DNA of 64,000 nt from NCBI GenBank assembly GCA_963805625.1, contig CAWDVE010000013.1, positions 448,001 through 512,000 on the forward strand, read 5' to 3'. Positions 45,600-57,941 of the stretch are shown here, in pieces. The translations under genes and the position numbers were made by a program. Source of the DNA: an uncultured Candidatus Rokubacteria bacterium (GTDB lineage: Bacteria; Methylomirabilota; Methylomirabilia; Rokubacteriales; DASRDR01). Within the stretch, counting starts at the first letter, position 1. Each line of letters starts with the position of its first letter. The notes under the pieces are model-generated. The model searched no databases. It saw only the letters and a list, made by a program, of their open reading frames with translations, and was not told the origin of the DNA.

Positions 45600-48500
45600 A
45601 TGGGAGTTCGCGCAGCCAGGATCCGAGGTCAGTCGAGGGCGCCCGCCAAGGGCGATCCAGATCGCCGCCGCGCGCTTCGGGCGGGCCCCCGATCGCCAGG
45701 CGACCCCCCGGCCATACTGCAGGCCATCGCACGGACAGCCGCCCGCCTCTGCGACGCGTCAAATGCCCACATCTACCGACTGGAGAGTGACCAGCTCCGG
45801 CTGGAAGCGATTCAGGGATCCGAGCCTGAGCGATGGCTCGGTCAGGCGGTCCTGGTCACCCGGGAGCTCCCGAGCGGCTGCGCCGTTCTGGACCGCCGCA
45901 CGATCCACGTCCGCAATGCCCAGTCGGCCACCGCGGAGCGACGATATCCGGGGCTCAAGCACATACCCCATCTCCGCACCATGCTCGCGATGCCGCTGCT
46001 ACAGGATGGTGCCGCCGTCGGGCTCATCATCATCTGGCGGGCACGCGTCCGACCGTTCACCGCGAAGCAGATCGAGCTCCTCCGGACCTTCGCCAACCAG
46101 GCGGCGATCGCCCTCGAGAACGAGCGCCTCGCCCAGGCGCTCGCCGCGCGGAACGCCGAGCTGACCGAGGCGCTGGAGCAGCAGACGGCGACCAGCGAGA
46201 TCCTGCGGGTCATCTCGAGCTCGCCCACCGACATCCAGCCGGTGTTCGACACGATCGTCAGGAGCGCGGCGACGCTCTGCGCCGCGACGACCGCCGGCCT
46301 GTTCCGGTTCGATGGCAGCCTGATCCATCTCGGGGCCTACCACAACTGGGACCCGGAGATGCTCGAGAGTGTCCGGCAGGCCTTCCCCGGCCGCCTGGCC
46401 GAGGCACCCTGACTGCCCGCGCCATTCTCTCCGGCCAGGTGATCACGTGCCGGACATCACCGTCGACCCGGAGTTCGCCGCCCCGAGCATCGTCCAGGCC
46501 GGATTTCGATCCGAGGTCTCGGTGCCGATGCTCCGTGCGAGCACGCCGATCGGCGCCATCACGGTCACGCGTCAAGAAGTGAAGCCATTCTCGGACAAGC
46601 AGATCGAGCTGCTCAAGACCTTCGCCGATCAGGCCGTCATCGCCATCGAGAACGTCCGCCTCTTTCAGGAGCTGGAGGCTCGAAACCGAGACCTCACGGA
46701 GGCGCTGGAGCAGCAGACGGCGACGAGCGAGGTCCTGAAGGTCATCAGCCGCTCGACGTTCGATCTCCAGCCCGTGCTGAAAACCCTGATCGAGAGTGCC
46801 GTGAGACTCTGCCATGGGGAGAAGGGCTTCATCTACCGGCAGGACGGGGATGTTTATCGCGCGGTGGCAGCCCACGGCGCCTCGCCCGAGTTCATGGAAC
46901 AGGTCGTGGAGAGGAACCCGATCCGCCTGAATCGGGAATCCGCGACCGGAAGGGCAGCGCTCGAGCGCCGGGTCGTGCACATCCCCGATATCCTCGCGGA
47001 CCCCGAGTACAAGTGGGCCATCGATCAGCTGGGCGGGGAGATCCGCACGATCCTCGCCGTCCCCATGCTCAGGGAAGCTACGGTCATCGGCGTGATCGTG
47101 ATCCGGAGGATCGAGGTCCGGCCTTTCACCGACAAGCAGATCGAGCTGGTGAGGACCTTCGCCGACCAGGCCGTCATCGCCATCGAGAACGTCCGCCTGT
47201 TCCAGGAGCTGGAGGCCCGGAATCGAGATCTGACCGAATCCCTCGAGCAGCAGACGGCGACGAGCGAGATCCTGCGGGTCATCTCGAGCTCGCCCACCGA
47301 TGTCCAGCCCGTGTTCGACACGATCGCTGCGAGTGTCGTCAAGCTCTGCGACGGCCTCTTCAGCGGCGTGTTTCGCTTCGACGGTCAGCTGATCCACTTC
47401 GTCGCGCACCACAACTTTACAGACGAGGGGCTCCAGGCGTTTCGCCGCACCTACCCGCGGGCGCCGAGTCGGGAGACGCAGGTCGCAACGGCCATCCTGG
47501 ACCGCACCGTCGTCGAGGTGCGTGACTTCGAGAACGACCCCGACATTCGCCCACCGTCGCTCGCTCTCGCCAGAGCCCTCGGCTATCGTAGCAACCTGTC
47601 GGTCCCGATGGTGCGCGAAGGAAATCCCATCGGGGCGATCGCCGTCGCGCGCGCCGAGGCGGGGCCGTTCTCGGACAAGCAGATCGAGCTGCTGAAGACC
47701 TTCGCCGACCAGGCCGTCATCGCCATCGAGAACGTCCGCCTGTTCCAGGAGCTGGAGGCCCGGAACCGTGATCTCACCGAGGCACTGGAGCAGCAGACGG
47801 CGACGAGTGAGATCCTGCGCGTCATCTCGAGCTCGCCGACGGACATCGAGCCCGTCTTGAACACGGTTGCTGAAAACGCCGCGAGGCTGTGTGAGGCGAT
47901 CGACGCTCAGATCTTTCGAGTGGAGGGGGATTTCCTGCGTCAGGCTGCCTCGTTCGGATCCATTCCGGTTCATACTGGACGCGCCATCAGTCGCGGTTGG
48001 GTGACCGGACGTTCCGTCGTTGACCGAAGAACGATTCATGTCCATGACCTCGCGGCGGAATCGGAGGCGGAGTTCCCCGTCGGCAGGGAGGCACAGGAGC
48101 TCTTTGGCCATCGGACCACGCTCGCCACGCCCCTTCTGCGGGAGGGGCAGCCGCTCGGGGCGATCCTCATTCGCCGCATGGAGGTCCGGCCGTTCTCGGA
48201 CAAGCAGATCAAGCTCCTGGAGACCTTCGCCGATCAGGCCGTCATCGCCATCGAGAACGTCCGCTTGTTCAAGGAACTGGAGGCCCGCAATCGCGATCTG
48301 ACCGAGGCCCTCGAGCAGCAGACGGCGACCAGCGAGATCCTCCGCGTCATCTCGAGCTCCCCGACCGACGTCCAGCCGGTGTTCGACACGATCGCGCGGA
48401 GCGCGGCGCGGCTGTGTGAAGCCCTCGACGCCGTCGTCTACCGAGTCGACGGAGATGTCCTGCGCCCCGCGGCGCATCACGGCTCGATCACGACCGGCTC

Positions 48501-51500
48501 CGTGCCACTGATCCCGGGAACCCTCGGCGGGCGCAGCGTGATCGCGCGACGAACCATCCACGTCGCCGACGTCCGGGGGGAGGTGGACGAATTCCCGGAG
48601 GGAGCCGCGATTGCTCAGCGGGAACGGACCCAGTCGATGGTCAGCGTTCCATTGCTGCTGGAAGGCAACGCGATTGGCACCATCGGGGTCCGCCGCATCG
48701 AAGTCCGGCCATTCAGCGAACAGCACATTGCGCTCCTCGAAACGTTCGCCGCTCAGGCGGTCATCGCCATCGAGAACGTCCGCCTCTTCCAGGAGCTGGA
48801 GGCCCGGAATCGCGATCTGACCGAATCCCTCGAGCAGCAGACGGCGACGAGCGAAGTCCTGAAGGTCATCAGCCGCTCGACGTTCGATCTCCAGCCCGTG
48901 CTGGAAAGCCTCATCGAGAGCGCGGCCAGGCTCTGCAACGCCCACCGGGGCTCGATCTATCGTCAGGATGGCGACGTCTATCGGATGGCCGTGACCTACG
49001 GGGAGTCTGCGGAGGCCATCGAGGTCCTGAGGCGACACCCCCACCGCCCGGATCGAGAGTCTGGAACGGGCCGGGCCCTCCTCGAGCGCCGAGTCATCCA
49101 CATCCACGACGCCATGGCCGATCCCGAGTATCGCTGGGCCGAGACCGAGAGAGGCGCGGAGGTGCGGACGATCCTGGCCGTCCCCCTGCTGCGGGAAGCC
49201 ACCGTCATCGGCGTGATCACACTCCACAGGGTCGAGGTCCAGCCCTTCAGCGACAAGCAGATCGAGCTGGTGAAGACCTTCGCCGACCAGGCCGTCATCG
49301 CCATCGAGAACGTCCGGCTCTTCCAGGAGCTGCAGGTCCGGAATCGCGATCTGACCGAGGCACTGGAGCAGCAGACGGCGACGGGTGAAATCCTGCGCGT
49401 CATCTCGAGCTCGCCCACCGACGTTCAACCCGTGTTCGATACGATCGTGCGGAGCGCTGTCCGACTCTGCGACGGGCTATACGGCGCCGTCAACATGTTC
49501 GACGGCGAGATGATCCTCCACCCTTCTGCCAACTACAACTACACGCCCGAGGCGATGGCCGCCGTGAAGCGCATGTATCCGAGGCGCCCAAGCCGCCAGC
49601 AGCTAGTCGGTCGAGCCGTTCTCAGCCGAACGGTGGCCCAGATTCCCGACGTCCTGAACGATCCCGAGTACGCACCGGACATAGCGCTGGCCGGAGGCTG
49701 GCGTAGCGCCCTCGCCGCGCCCATGCTCCGGGACGGGCATCCCGTCGGCACGATCCTCGTCACACGGACACAGACCGGGCCCTTCTCGGAGCGCCAGATG
49801 GAGCTCCTCAAGATCTTCGCCGACCAGGCGGTCATCGCCATCGAGAACGTCCGGCTGTTTCAGGAGCTCGAGACCCGCAACCGCGATCTCACTGAAGCGC
49901 TGGACCAGCAGACCGCCACGAGCGAGGTCCTGAAGGTCATCAGCCGCTCGACGTTCGATCTCCAGCCGGTCCTCCAGAGCCTCATGGAGAGCGCGGTGAG
50001 GCTGTGCGGCGCCGACAAGGGCTTCATCTACAGGCAGGAAGGGGACGTCTACCGCGCGGCGGTCGCGTACGGGGAATCGCCGGACTTCATCGAGGTGGTG
50101 AAGCGGCATCCTCATCGCCCCGGCCGGGAGTCCGCGACGGGCCGGGCCCTCCTCGAGCGCCGCGTCATTCACATCCACGACGCCATGGCCGATCCCGAGT
50201 ACCGCTGGGCCGAGACCGAGAGAGGTGCCGAGGTCCGGACGATCCTGGCCGTCCCCATGCTGCGGGAAGCCGCGGTCATCGGCGTCTTCATGATCAGACG
50301 GACGGAGGTTCGGCCTTTCACCGACAAGCAGATCGAGCTGGTGAAGACCTTCGCAGACCAGGCCGTGATCGCGATCGAGAACGTCCGGCTCTTCCAGGAG
50401 CTCCAGGGCCGGAATCGCGATCTGACCGAATCCCTCGAGCAGCAGACGGCGACGGGCGAGATCCTGCGCGCAATCAGCGGTGCGCAGACGGACGCGCAGC
50501 CCGTGTTCGAGGCGATCGTGAGGAACGCCGTTCGACTGTGTGACGGCTTCTACAGCGTGCTGTTCGCGTTCGACGGCGAGTGGCTTCGGGTGCGGGCGCT
50601 GCACAACATGTCATCGGAGATGCTTCAGGCTTTCACGCAGAGGTACCCGATGCGGGCGGAGGAGCGAAGGGGCATGGCGGCCCTGGCCGTCGTCGAGGGA
50701 CGAATGGTCCGCGTGCGGGACATGCAGGAAGATCCGGAGGTCCCCCCGGAGTCGCGGCGCTTCGCGAAGGTGATAGGCCACCGTTCGTTCGTTGCGGTGC
50801 CGATGCTGAAAGACGAGCGATCCGTGGGCGCCATCGTCGTGTCCCGCAGGGACGTGGCGCCGTTCTCGGACTCGGAGGTGGCCCTCCTCCAGACGTTCGC
50901 CGACCAGGCGGTCATCGCCATCGAGAACGTCCGATTGTTCCAGGAGCTCGAGGCTCGGAACCGGGACCTCACCGAGGCGCTGGAGCAGCAGACGGCCACG
51001 AGCGACGTCCTGAAGGTCATCAGCCGCTCGACGTTCGATCTCCAGCCCGTGCTAGAAACTCTCATCGAGAGCGCGGTGAGGCTCTGCGGCGCCAACACGG
51101 GCTTGATCGTCAGGCAGGACGGGGAGCTCTACCGCGTGGTGCTCGGCTACGGGATGACCCCGGAAGCCATCGAGCTCCACAAGAAATACCCAATGAGTCT
51201 GAATCGGGAGTCCGCGACGGGCCGGGCCCTCCTCGAGCGCCGCGTCATCCACCTCCACGACGCCATGGCGGATCCCGAGTACCGCTGGGCCGAGGCCGCG
51301 AGACGCCCCGGGGTCCAGACGGCCCTGCCCGAGGTCCGGACGATCCTGGCCGTCCCCATGCTGCGGGAAGCCACCGTCATCGGCGTCATCGTGGTCGAAA
51401 GGGCCGAGGTTCATCCCTTCACCGACAAGCAGATCGAGCTGGTAACCACCTTCGCCGACCAGGCCGTCATCGCGATCGAGAACGTGCGGCTGTTCCAGGA

Positions 51501-53577
51501 GCTTCAGGCCCGGACCCGAGAGCTGACGCGGTCCGTGGAGGAGCTGGAGGCCCTGGGTGCGGTCAGCCGGACCGTCAGCTCCACGCTCGACCTCCCGACC
51601 GTCCTGACCACGATCGTCAGCCGCGCGGTGCAGCTGTCCGGAGCGGCCGGCGGCGTGATCTACGAGTACGACGAGACCACTCAGGCGTTTCCGCTCCAGG
51701 CGAGCCACCGAATGGAGGAGGAGCTGATCGAGGTGCTGCGCGCCGCCCCGATCCAGCCCGGGGAAGGCGCCACCGGCCAGGCGGTGCTGCGCCGCGAGCC
51801 GGTCCAGGCGCCCGACATCGGCGACGAGAAGGCCTACGCCACGACCCGGCTCCGGGCGGTCCTCCTCCGGCTCGGCTATCGTTCGGTCCTCGCCGTGCCG
51901 CTCCTGTCCGAGCAGCGAATCCTGGGTGTCCTGACGGTGTGGCGACAGGCAGTTGGACTGTTCCCGGACGAGGTCGTGAAGCTTCTCCAGACCTTCGCCT
52001 CCCAGTCCGCCCTGGCCATCCAGAACGCCCGGCTCTTCCGGGAGCTCCAGGCGAAGAGCCGGGAGCTCGAGGTCGCGAGCCGCCACAAGTCGGAGTTCCT
52101 CGCGAACATGTCCCACGAGCTCCGGACGCCGCTCAACGCCATCATCGGCTACAGCGAGATGCTCCAGGAGGAAGCCCGGGACCAGAACGCCGAGGGCTTC
52201 GTCCCCGACCTCCAGAGGATCAATGCGGCCGGCAAGCACCTCCTCGAGCTCATCAACGGCGTGCTCGATCTCTCGAAGATCGAGGCCGGGAAGATGGAGC
52301 TCTACCTGGAAACCTTCGAGGTTGGGCCACTCGTGCGCGACGTTGCAGCCGTGCTCGAGCCCCTCGCCCAGAAGAACGCGAACCGCCTCGAGGTCCACTG
52401 CGCCCCGGAGATCGGGGCCATGCGCGCGGACCTGACCAAGCTTCGTCAGGCGCTCTTCAATCTCCTGTCGAACGCCTGCAAGTTCACCGAGCGCGGCGTC
52501 GTGTCCGTGGGGGTCGCGCGGGAGGCGACCGCCGACGGCGACTTCATCGTCTTCGCGGTGAGCGACACGGGGATCGGGATGACGCCCGAGCAGATGGCGC
52601 GGCTCTTCGAGGAGTTCGGCCAGGGTGACGCCTCAACCACACGCCGATATGGGGGAACTGGGCTCGGGCTCGCGCTCTCCCGGCGGCTCTGCCGGATGAT
52701 GGGGGGTGACGTCGCAGTAACGAGCGAGCCGGGGCGCGGCAGCACGTTCACGATCCGGCTGCCAGCAGAGGTGCCGGAGCCGTCGCGGGAGATCCCACCC
52801 CCGGCCGTGCGCGACGCGGGCCCCGCGGGCACGAGCACCGTGCTCGTGATCGACGACGACGGCGCGGTGCGCGACCTCATGTCGCGGTTCCTGGGGAAGG
52901 AAGGCTTCCGCGTCGTGGCCGCCGGCGGCGGGGAGGATGGCTTGCGGCTCGCCCGGGAGCTCATGCCCGACGTGATCACTCTCGACGTCCTCATGCCCGG
53001 CATGGACGGCTGGTCGGTACTCGCGGCGCTGAAGGCGGACGCCGCCCTGGCGGAGATCCCGGTGGTGATGCTCACCATGCTGGACGACCGGAATCTCGGC
53101 TACGCCCTCGGCGCCGCCGACTACCTCACCAAGCCGATCGACCGGGAGCGGCTCGTGGCCGTGCTCGAGCGCTACCGCCGGGACCTCCCCGTCCTCGTGG
53201 TCGACGACGACCCCGATTTCCGTGAGCTGGCGCGACGGATGCTGGAGCGCGAGGGTTACACGGTGGTCGAGGCTGAGAATGGGCGCGCCGCCCTCGACCG
53301 GCTCCGCGACACCGTCCCCGGCGTGGTCCTCCTCGATCTCATGATGCCCGAGATGGACGGGTTCGACTTCGTCGCCGCGGTCCGGGCGGACGCGGCGTGG
53401 CGGTCCGTGCCCATCGTCGTCATCACGGCCAAGGACCTCTCCCCCGAGGACCACGAGCGGCTCAACGGCTACGTGACGCGCGTCGTCCAGAAGGGCGCCC
53501 TGAGCCGCGAGGCACTGCTCGGCGAGGTGCGCGATCTCGTGACCGCATCGGCCCGCCACGGCCGGGGGAGGCGCTAG
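45600..53577 (+). CDS. Giant hybrid histidine kinase: 12 GAF, HisKA, HATPase_c and 2 REC domains; two apparent -1 indels near 46388 and 46444
   Basis: Twelve FAxQAxIAIEN-type GAF ends; [24 protein letters not shown] and GGTGLGL; two receivers. The bridging peptide [19 protein letters not shown] lies in a third frame. Confidence 0.9.
46089..51500 (+). repeat. Conserved inter-GAF linker repeats recurring every 519-555 bp
   Basis: TTCGCCGACCAGGCCGTCATCGCCATCGAGAACGTCCG-like units at 46089, 46621, 47158, 47701, 48226, 48745, 49279, 49816, 50350, 50896 and 51451. Confidence 0.95.
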
Positions 53578-53631
53578 TGGCGAAGATCCTTCTCATCGAG
53601 GACAATGAGATGAATCGCGATATGCTTTCGC
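53298..53631 (+). repeat. Diverged direct repeat, copy 1 (half of REC2 plus response-regulator start)
   Basis: Aligns with 57297-57630 at an offset of 3999 bp. Confidence 0.9.
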
Positions 53632-53717
53632 AGCTGGTCCCGCGGGCTCCGAGGTCCTGGCCGCCCGCGATCCACCCGCGCAGACGCACACGGAAGCAGA
53701 CCAGGGTTGTGTCGTAG
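53577..53717 (+). pseudogene. Truncated response regulator (first ~18 codons only)
   Basis: [18 protein letters not shown], then unrelated sequence; the intact paralog is at 57573. Confidence 0.85.
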
Positions 53718-53734
53718 CAAGGGAGAATCGGTCC

Positions 53735-54838
53735 ATGGGCAATCTCACGCGCCTGCTTCTTGTCGCAGCCACACTCGTGGCGCTTCACACGACATCCGTG
53801 CGAGCGGAGATCACGATCGGATCGGCCGGCCCACTCAGTGGGCAGTGGACGGGAACTGGCGAGCAGCAGCGGCGCGGCGTGGAGATGGCGGTGGCCGACC
53901 TCAACAGCCGGGGCGGTGTCCTCGGCCAGCGAGTCAGGCTCATCGTCGTCGACGACGCCTGCGACCCCGATCAAGCGGTTGCGGTCGCGAATCAGCTGGT
54001 CAGTGAGCGCGTCGCGATGGTCGCCGGCCACCTCTGCTCCGGGTCCTCGATCCCCGCCTCGAAGGTCTACACGAAGGCGGGCATCGTCATGATCTCCCCG
54101 GCCTCGACGAACCCGAAGCTCACCGACGAAGGCGGGGCCAACGTGTTTCGCGTGATCGGTCGGGACGACCAGCAGGGCTTCATCGCCGGCAACTACCTGG
54201 CCGACCACTGGGGAACGAAGAAGATTGCGATTCTCCACGACGGCCAGGCGTATGGCAAGGGCCTCGCCGAGGAGACCAAGAAGCGGTTGACCAAGCGCGG
54301 CGTGCAGGTCGCCATGTACGAAGAGTACCCGCCCGGCGCGAAGGACTACTCGGACCTGGTCTCGAAGCTGAGGGACGGGGAGATCGCCGTCGCCTACGTC
54401 GGGGGTTATGTGACCGAGGCGGCGCTCATCCTCCGCCAGGCCCGCGATCGGGGCTATGGCCTCGAGCTCGTGTCGGGTGACGCGATGGCCAACGACGAGT
54501 TCTGGCTGATCACAGGTCCGGCGGGCGAGGGTACCGCGTTTACCTTCGGCCCCGATCCGCGCCGGAACCCCGAAGCGGCCGCCGTCGTCGCACGGTTTCG
54601 TGCCGCGAAGTACGAACCCGAGGGCTATACGCTCTACGCCTACGGGGCGATCCAGACGTGGGCCCAGGCCGTCGCGCGGGCAGGTTCCTTGGACTCGAGC
54701 AAAGTGGTCGCGTCTCTCCGCAGCCACCAGTTCGAGACCGTGCTGGGCAAGATCCGCTTCGACAAGAAGGGTGATCTCACCTCCGCCGGGTTCCTCTGGT
54801 ACGTCTGGAGGCAGGGAAAATACGTGCCGAAGCAGTAG
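53735..54838 (+). CDS. Branched-chain amino acid ABC substrate-binding protein (LivJ/LivK-like)
   Basis: Signal peptide; AGPLSG, DDACDP, GHLCSGSSIPAS, STNPKLT, GRDDQQG and YGKGLA. Confidence 0.93.
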   Translation: MGNLTRLLLVAATLVALHTTSVRAEITIGSAGPLSGQWTGTGEQQRRGVEMAVADLNSRGGVLGQRVRLIVVDDACDPDQAVAVANQLVSERVAMVAGHLCSGSSIPASKVYTKAGIVMISPASTNPKLTDEGGANVFRVIGRDDQQGFIAGNYLADHWGTKKIAILHDGQAYGKGLAEETKKRLTKRGVQVAMYEEYPPGAKDYSDLVSKLRDGEIAVAYVGGYVTEAALILRQARDRGYGLELVSGDAMANDEFWLITGPAGEGTAFTFGPDPRRNPEAAAVVARFRAAKYEPEGYTLYAYGAIQTWAQAVARAGSLDSSKVVASLRSHQFETVLGKIRFDKKGDLTSAGFLWYVWRQGKYVPKQ

Positions 54839-54907
54839 GTGTCTCGCCCGAGTCCGTCGAAGACGGGGTGGTCGTGACAACAGTTTCCCGGTCGACGAAG
54901 AGGCGCG

Positions 54908-57343
54908 GTGCTTAGGAACCTCGGCGTCCGCGGACGGCTGCTCCTGGCCTTCTTCGGGATCAGCGCTTTCGCCGTCCTTGCCGCGGCCGCCGCCATGTAC
55001 TCCTTTCTCCAGGTGGGTCGGACACTGGACCGCATCACCGCGCAACGACTGCCTCCGGTCCTCGCGTCCCTGCAGCTATCCGGCCAGGTCGAGCGGATCG
55101 TTGCCGTGGCGCCCGCGCTGCTGACGGTCACGTCGGCGACACAGCACGAGCCCCTGTCGAAGACGATCGCCACCGAGGCCGACCAGCTGAGCCGGCTCGT
55201 CGCCGAACTGGAGAGGGGAGATCTCGCCCGCCCGGCCATACCGCAGATCAAGTCGGTCGTGGCGCGGCTCCGCGTCAATCTCGATACCCTCAACGCACTG
55301 GTGGCGAACCGGCTCGCGGCTCGCCAGCGCAAGAGGGATCTACTCGGGGAGCTGTCCGGGGCCCACATCGCCACGCAGCGGGTGCTCACGACGGGCATCG
55401 CGGTGATGGACGCGAAGATCTCGCACTCGCGTCGGACGACGAGGCAGGCGCCCGTGGCCCCCCAGGCGCTCCTGTCGTCAGTGCTGTCCCTCGATGAACT
55501 GCTGTCCTCCGTGGCGCTCCGAGACGTCCAGTCAACGGTTGCGATCATCAACCACACCCTGCTCCAAGCCGCACTGGTCGAGAGTGCCGCCGAGCTCCAG
55601 GTCCTGGCGTTCCCGCTGCGCCGGTCGCTGAGCGCGCTGGAGACCGCGTCCGCCGACGTCGACCCGACGCTCCGGCAGCTCCTGGCTCCCCGAATCGAGG
55701 AGTTCCGGAGCTTCGTCACCGGACCCAACAGCATCCTCGATGTGCGCACGCGCGAGCTCGACATCGTCGCCGACGGTGAGCGCCTGCTTGCCGAAAACAG
55801 GACGCTCTCCGGTGAGCTGACCAAGGCGGTGAGGACGCTTGTCGACGGTGCGGAGCAGGACATCGGCAAAGCGAGCCTTGAGGCGCACTCCGTCCAGCGA
55901 TTCAGCCTCGGCATCGTGATTGCTGCGGTCGCGTTGAGCCTGACCAGCTCCACGCTCATCGTCTGGCTCTACGTGGACCGTAATCTGATCGCCCGCGTGG
56001 CCGCTCTGAGGGACAGCATGCTGGCGATTGCGGGCGGCAACCTGCAAGCAAACATCCCGGCCCAGGGCCAAGACGAGCTTGGCCGCATGGCTCAGGCGCT
56101 GGTCGTCTTCCGCGACACCGCGAGAGAGGTCGAGGCGGCGAACCTCAGGGAGATTCGAGAGGCGCGGGGGCGGCTCACGGATGCGATCGAGAGCATCTCG
56201 GAGGGGTTCTCGCTCTATGATGCGGATGACCGGTTGGTACTGTGCAATAGCCGCTATCGTGAGCTCTTGTATCCGGGCCTGAGCGATACGATCACACCTG
56301 GCATGTCCTTCGAGATGATCGTTCGGCAAGCTGTCGAACGGGGCTTGATCCGCAGCGCCGAGGGACAGAAAGATGCCTGGGTCACGGAGCGCGTGGCCCA
56401 GCATCGCAGTCCCGGCAGACCCCTCGTGCAGCGGCGCAGCGATGGCACGTGGATCCGGATCAACGAGCGACAGACGGAGGACGGCGGCACCGTCGGCGTG
56501 TACACGGACATCACCGAGCTGAAGCGGCGAGAGGAGGAACTGGAGCAGGCGCGAGACACGGCACAGCAGGCGACCGAGGCCAAGAGCCGATTCCTCGCCA
56601 ATATGTCCCACGAGCTCCGGACCCCGCTGAACGCCATCATCGGCTACAGCGAGATGCTCCAGGAGGAAGCCCGGGACCAGAGCACCGAGGGCTTCGTCCC
56701 CGACCTCCAGAGGATCAACGCGGCCGGCAGGCACCTCCTCGAGCTCATCAACGGCGTGCTGGATCTCTCGAAGATCGAGGCCGGGAAGATGGAGCTCTAC
56801 CTCGAGAGCTTCGACATCCCGACCATGGTGCGCGATATCGCCGCCATGATCGCTCCTCTTGCCCAGAAGAACTCCAACCAGCTCGACGTCCGGTGCGACG
56901 AGACTGTCGGCGCCATGCACGCCGATCTGACCAAGGTCAGGCAGGCTCTGTTCAATCTGCTCAGCAACGCCTGCAAGTTCACTGACCACGGCATCGTCTC
57001 CCTGTCAGCGGCGCGCGAGGCGGCCGACGGCGGCGACTGGATCGCCTTCCACGTACGCGATACCGGCATCGGCATGACATCCGAGCAGCTGGGCCGGCTA
57101 TTCCGGGAGTTCTCCCAGGCGGATGCGTTGACGACACGTCAGTACGGCGGCACGGGGCTGGGCTTGGCGCTGAGCCAGCGGCTCTGCCGGATGATGGGGG
57201 GCGACATCACGGTGGCGAGCGAGCCGGGGCGCGGGAGCACGTTCACCATGCGGCTGCCGGCCAACGTGGTCGAGCCCAGGGAGGCGGCACCCCCTGCCGG
57301 CTCCGCGAAGCCAACCCAGGCGCGGACCTCCTCGACCTCATGA
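54908..57343 (+). CDS. Membrane sensor histidine kinase: TorS-like periplasmic domain, HAMP, PAS, HisKA and HATPase_c
   Basis: Two TM helices; [14 protein letters not shown]; [25 protein letters not shown]; H, N and G boxes. Confidence 0.9.
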   Translation: MLRNLGVRGRLLLAFFGISAFAVLAAAAAMYSFLQVGRTLDRITAQRLPPVLASLQLSGQVERIVAVAPALLTVTSATQHEPLSKTIATEADQLSRLVAELERGDLARPAIPQIKSVVARLRVNLDTLNALVANRLAARQRKRDLLGELSGAHIATQRVLTTGIAVMDAKISHSRRTTRQAPVAPQALLSSVLSLDELLSSVALRDVQSTVAIINHTLLQAALVESAAELQVLAFPLRRSLSALETASADVDPTLRQLLAPRIEEFRSFVTGPNSILDVRTRELDIVADGERLLAENRTLSGELTKAVRTLVDGAEQDIGKASLEAHSVQRFSLGIVIAAVALSLTSSTLIVWLYVDRNLIARVAALRDSMLAIAGGNLQANIPAQGQDELGRMAQALVVFRDTAREVEAANLREIREARGRLTDAIESISEGFSLYDADDRLVLCNSRYRELLYPGLSDTITPGMSFEMIVRQAVERGLIRSAEGQKDAWVTERVAQHRSPGRPLVQRRSDGTWIRINERQTEDGGTVGVYTDITELKRREEELEQARDTAQQATEAKSRFLANMSHELRTPLNAIIGYSEMLQEEARDQSTEGFVPDLQRINAAGRHLLELINGVLDLSKIEAGKMELYLESFDIPTMVRDIAAMIAPLAQKNSNQLDVRCDETVGAMHADLTKVRQALFNLLSNACKFTDHGIVSLSAAREAADGGDWIAFHVRDTGIGMTSEQLGRLFREFSQADALTTRQYGGTGLGLALSQRLCRMMGGDITVASEPGRGSTFTMRLPANVVEPREAAPPAGSAKPTQARTSSTS

Positions 57344-57576
57344 TGCCCGAGATGAACGAGTTCGAGTTCGTCGCCGCCGTCCGGGCGGACGCGGCGTGGC
57401 GGTCCGTCCCTGTCGTCGTCATCACGGCCAAGGACCTCACTCCCGAGGACCGGGAGCGTCTCGACGGCTCCGTGCCACGCGTCCTCCAGACGGGCGCCCT
57501 GAGCCGCGAGATGCCGTTCGGCGAGGTCCGCGATCTCCTGGTCGCGTCGGCCCGCCACAGCCCGGGGAGGCGATGA
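57297..57576 (+). pseudogene. Out-of-frame C-terminal half of a receiver domain (direct repeat copy 2)
   Basis: [47 protein letters not shown] matches REC2 of the giant kinase. Confidence 0.85.
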
Positions 57577-57941
57577 TGGCGAAGATCCTTCTCGTCGAGG
57601 ACAACGAGATGAACCGCGACATGCTCTCGCGCCGGCTGGCCAGGCGCGGCTACGAGGTCGTGGTGGCAGTGGACGGCCGGGAGGGGGTGGCGAAGGCCCG
57701 GGCGGAGGCCCCCGCCCTCGTCCTCATGGACATGAGCCTCCCCGTGCTCGACGGCTGGGAGGCAACCCGGGAGCTCCGCGCCGACCCGGCCACCCGGTCG
57801 ATTCCGATCATCGCCCTCACCGCCCACGCCATGGCCGGCGACCGGGAGAGGGCCCTCGCCGCGGGCTGCGACGATTTCGACACGAAGCCGATCGAGCTCG
57901 AGCGGCTTCTCGGGAAGATCGAGGCGCTCCTGGCCCGATGA
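57573..57941 (+). CDS. Single-domain response regulator (DivK-like)
   Basis: KILLVEDNEMNRDML, LMDMSLPVLDGW, ALTAHAM and TKP. Confidence 0.93.
   Translation: MMAKILLVEDNEMNRDMLSRRLARRGYEVVVAVDGREGVAKARAEAPALVLMDMSLPVLDGWEATRELRADPATRSIPIIALTAHAMAGDRERALAAGCDDFDTKPIELERLLGKIEALLAR

Noticed and set aside
46258-49428. Long antisense ORFs (this 1056-aa one, and 8290-10410, 16947-19283, 26717-29113, 34187-36379)
   Set aside because: They are shadows of well-supported genes on the opposite strand, expected in high-GC DNA, and have no recognisable motifs.
46089-52000. Regular repeat-spacer pattern as a CRISPR array
   Set aside because: The units are about 540 bp, in frame and protein-coding (GAF modules), and no cas genes are present.
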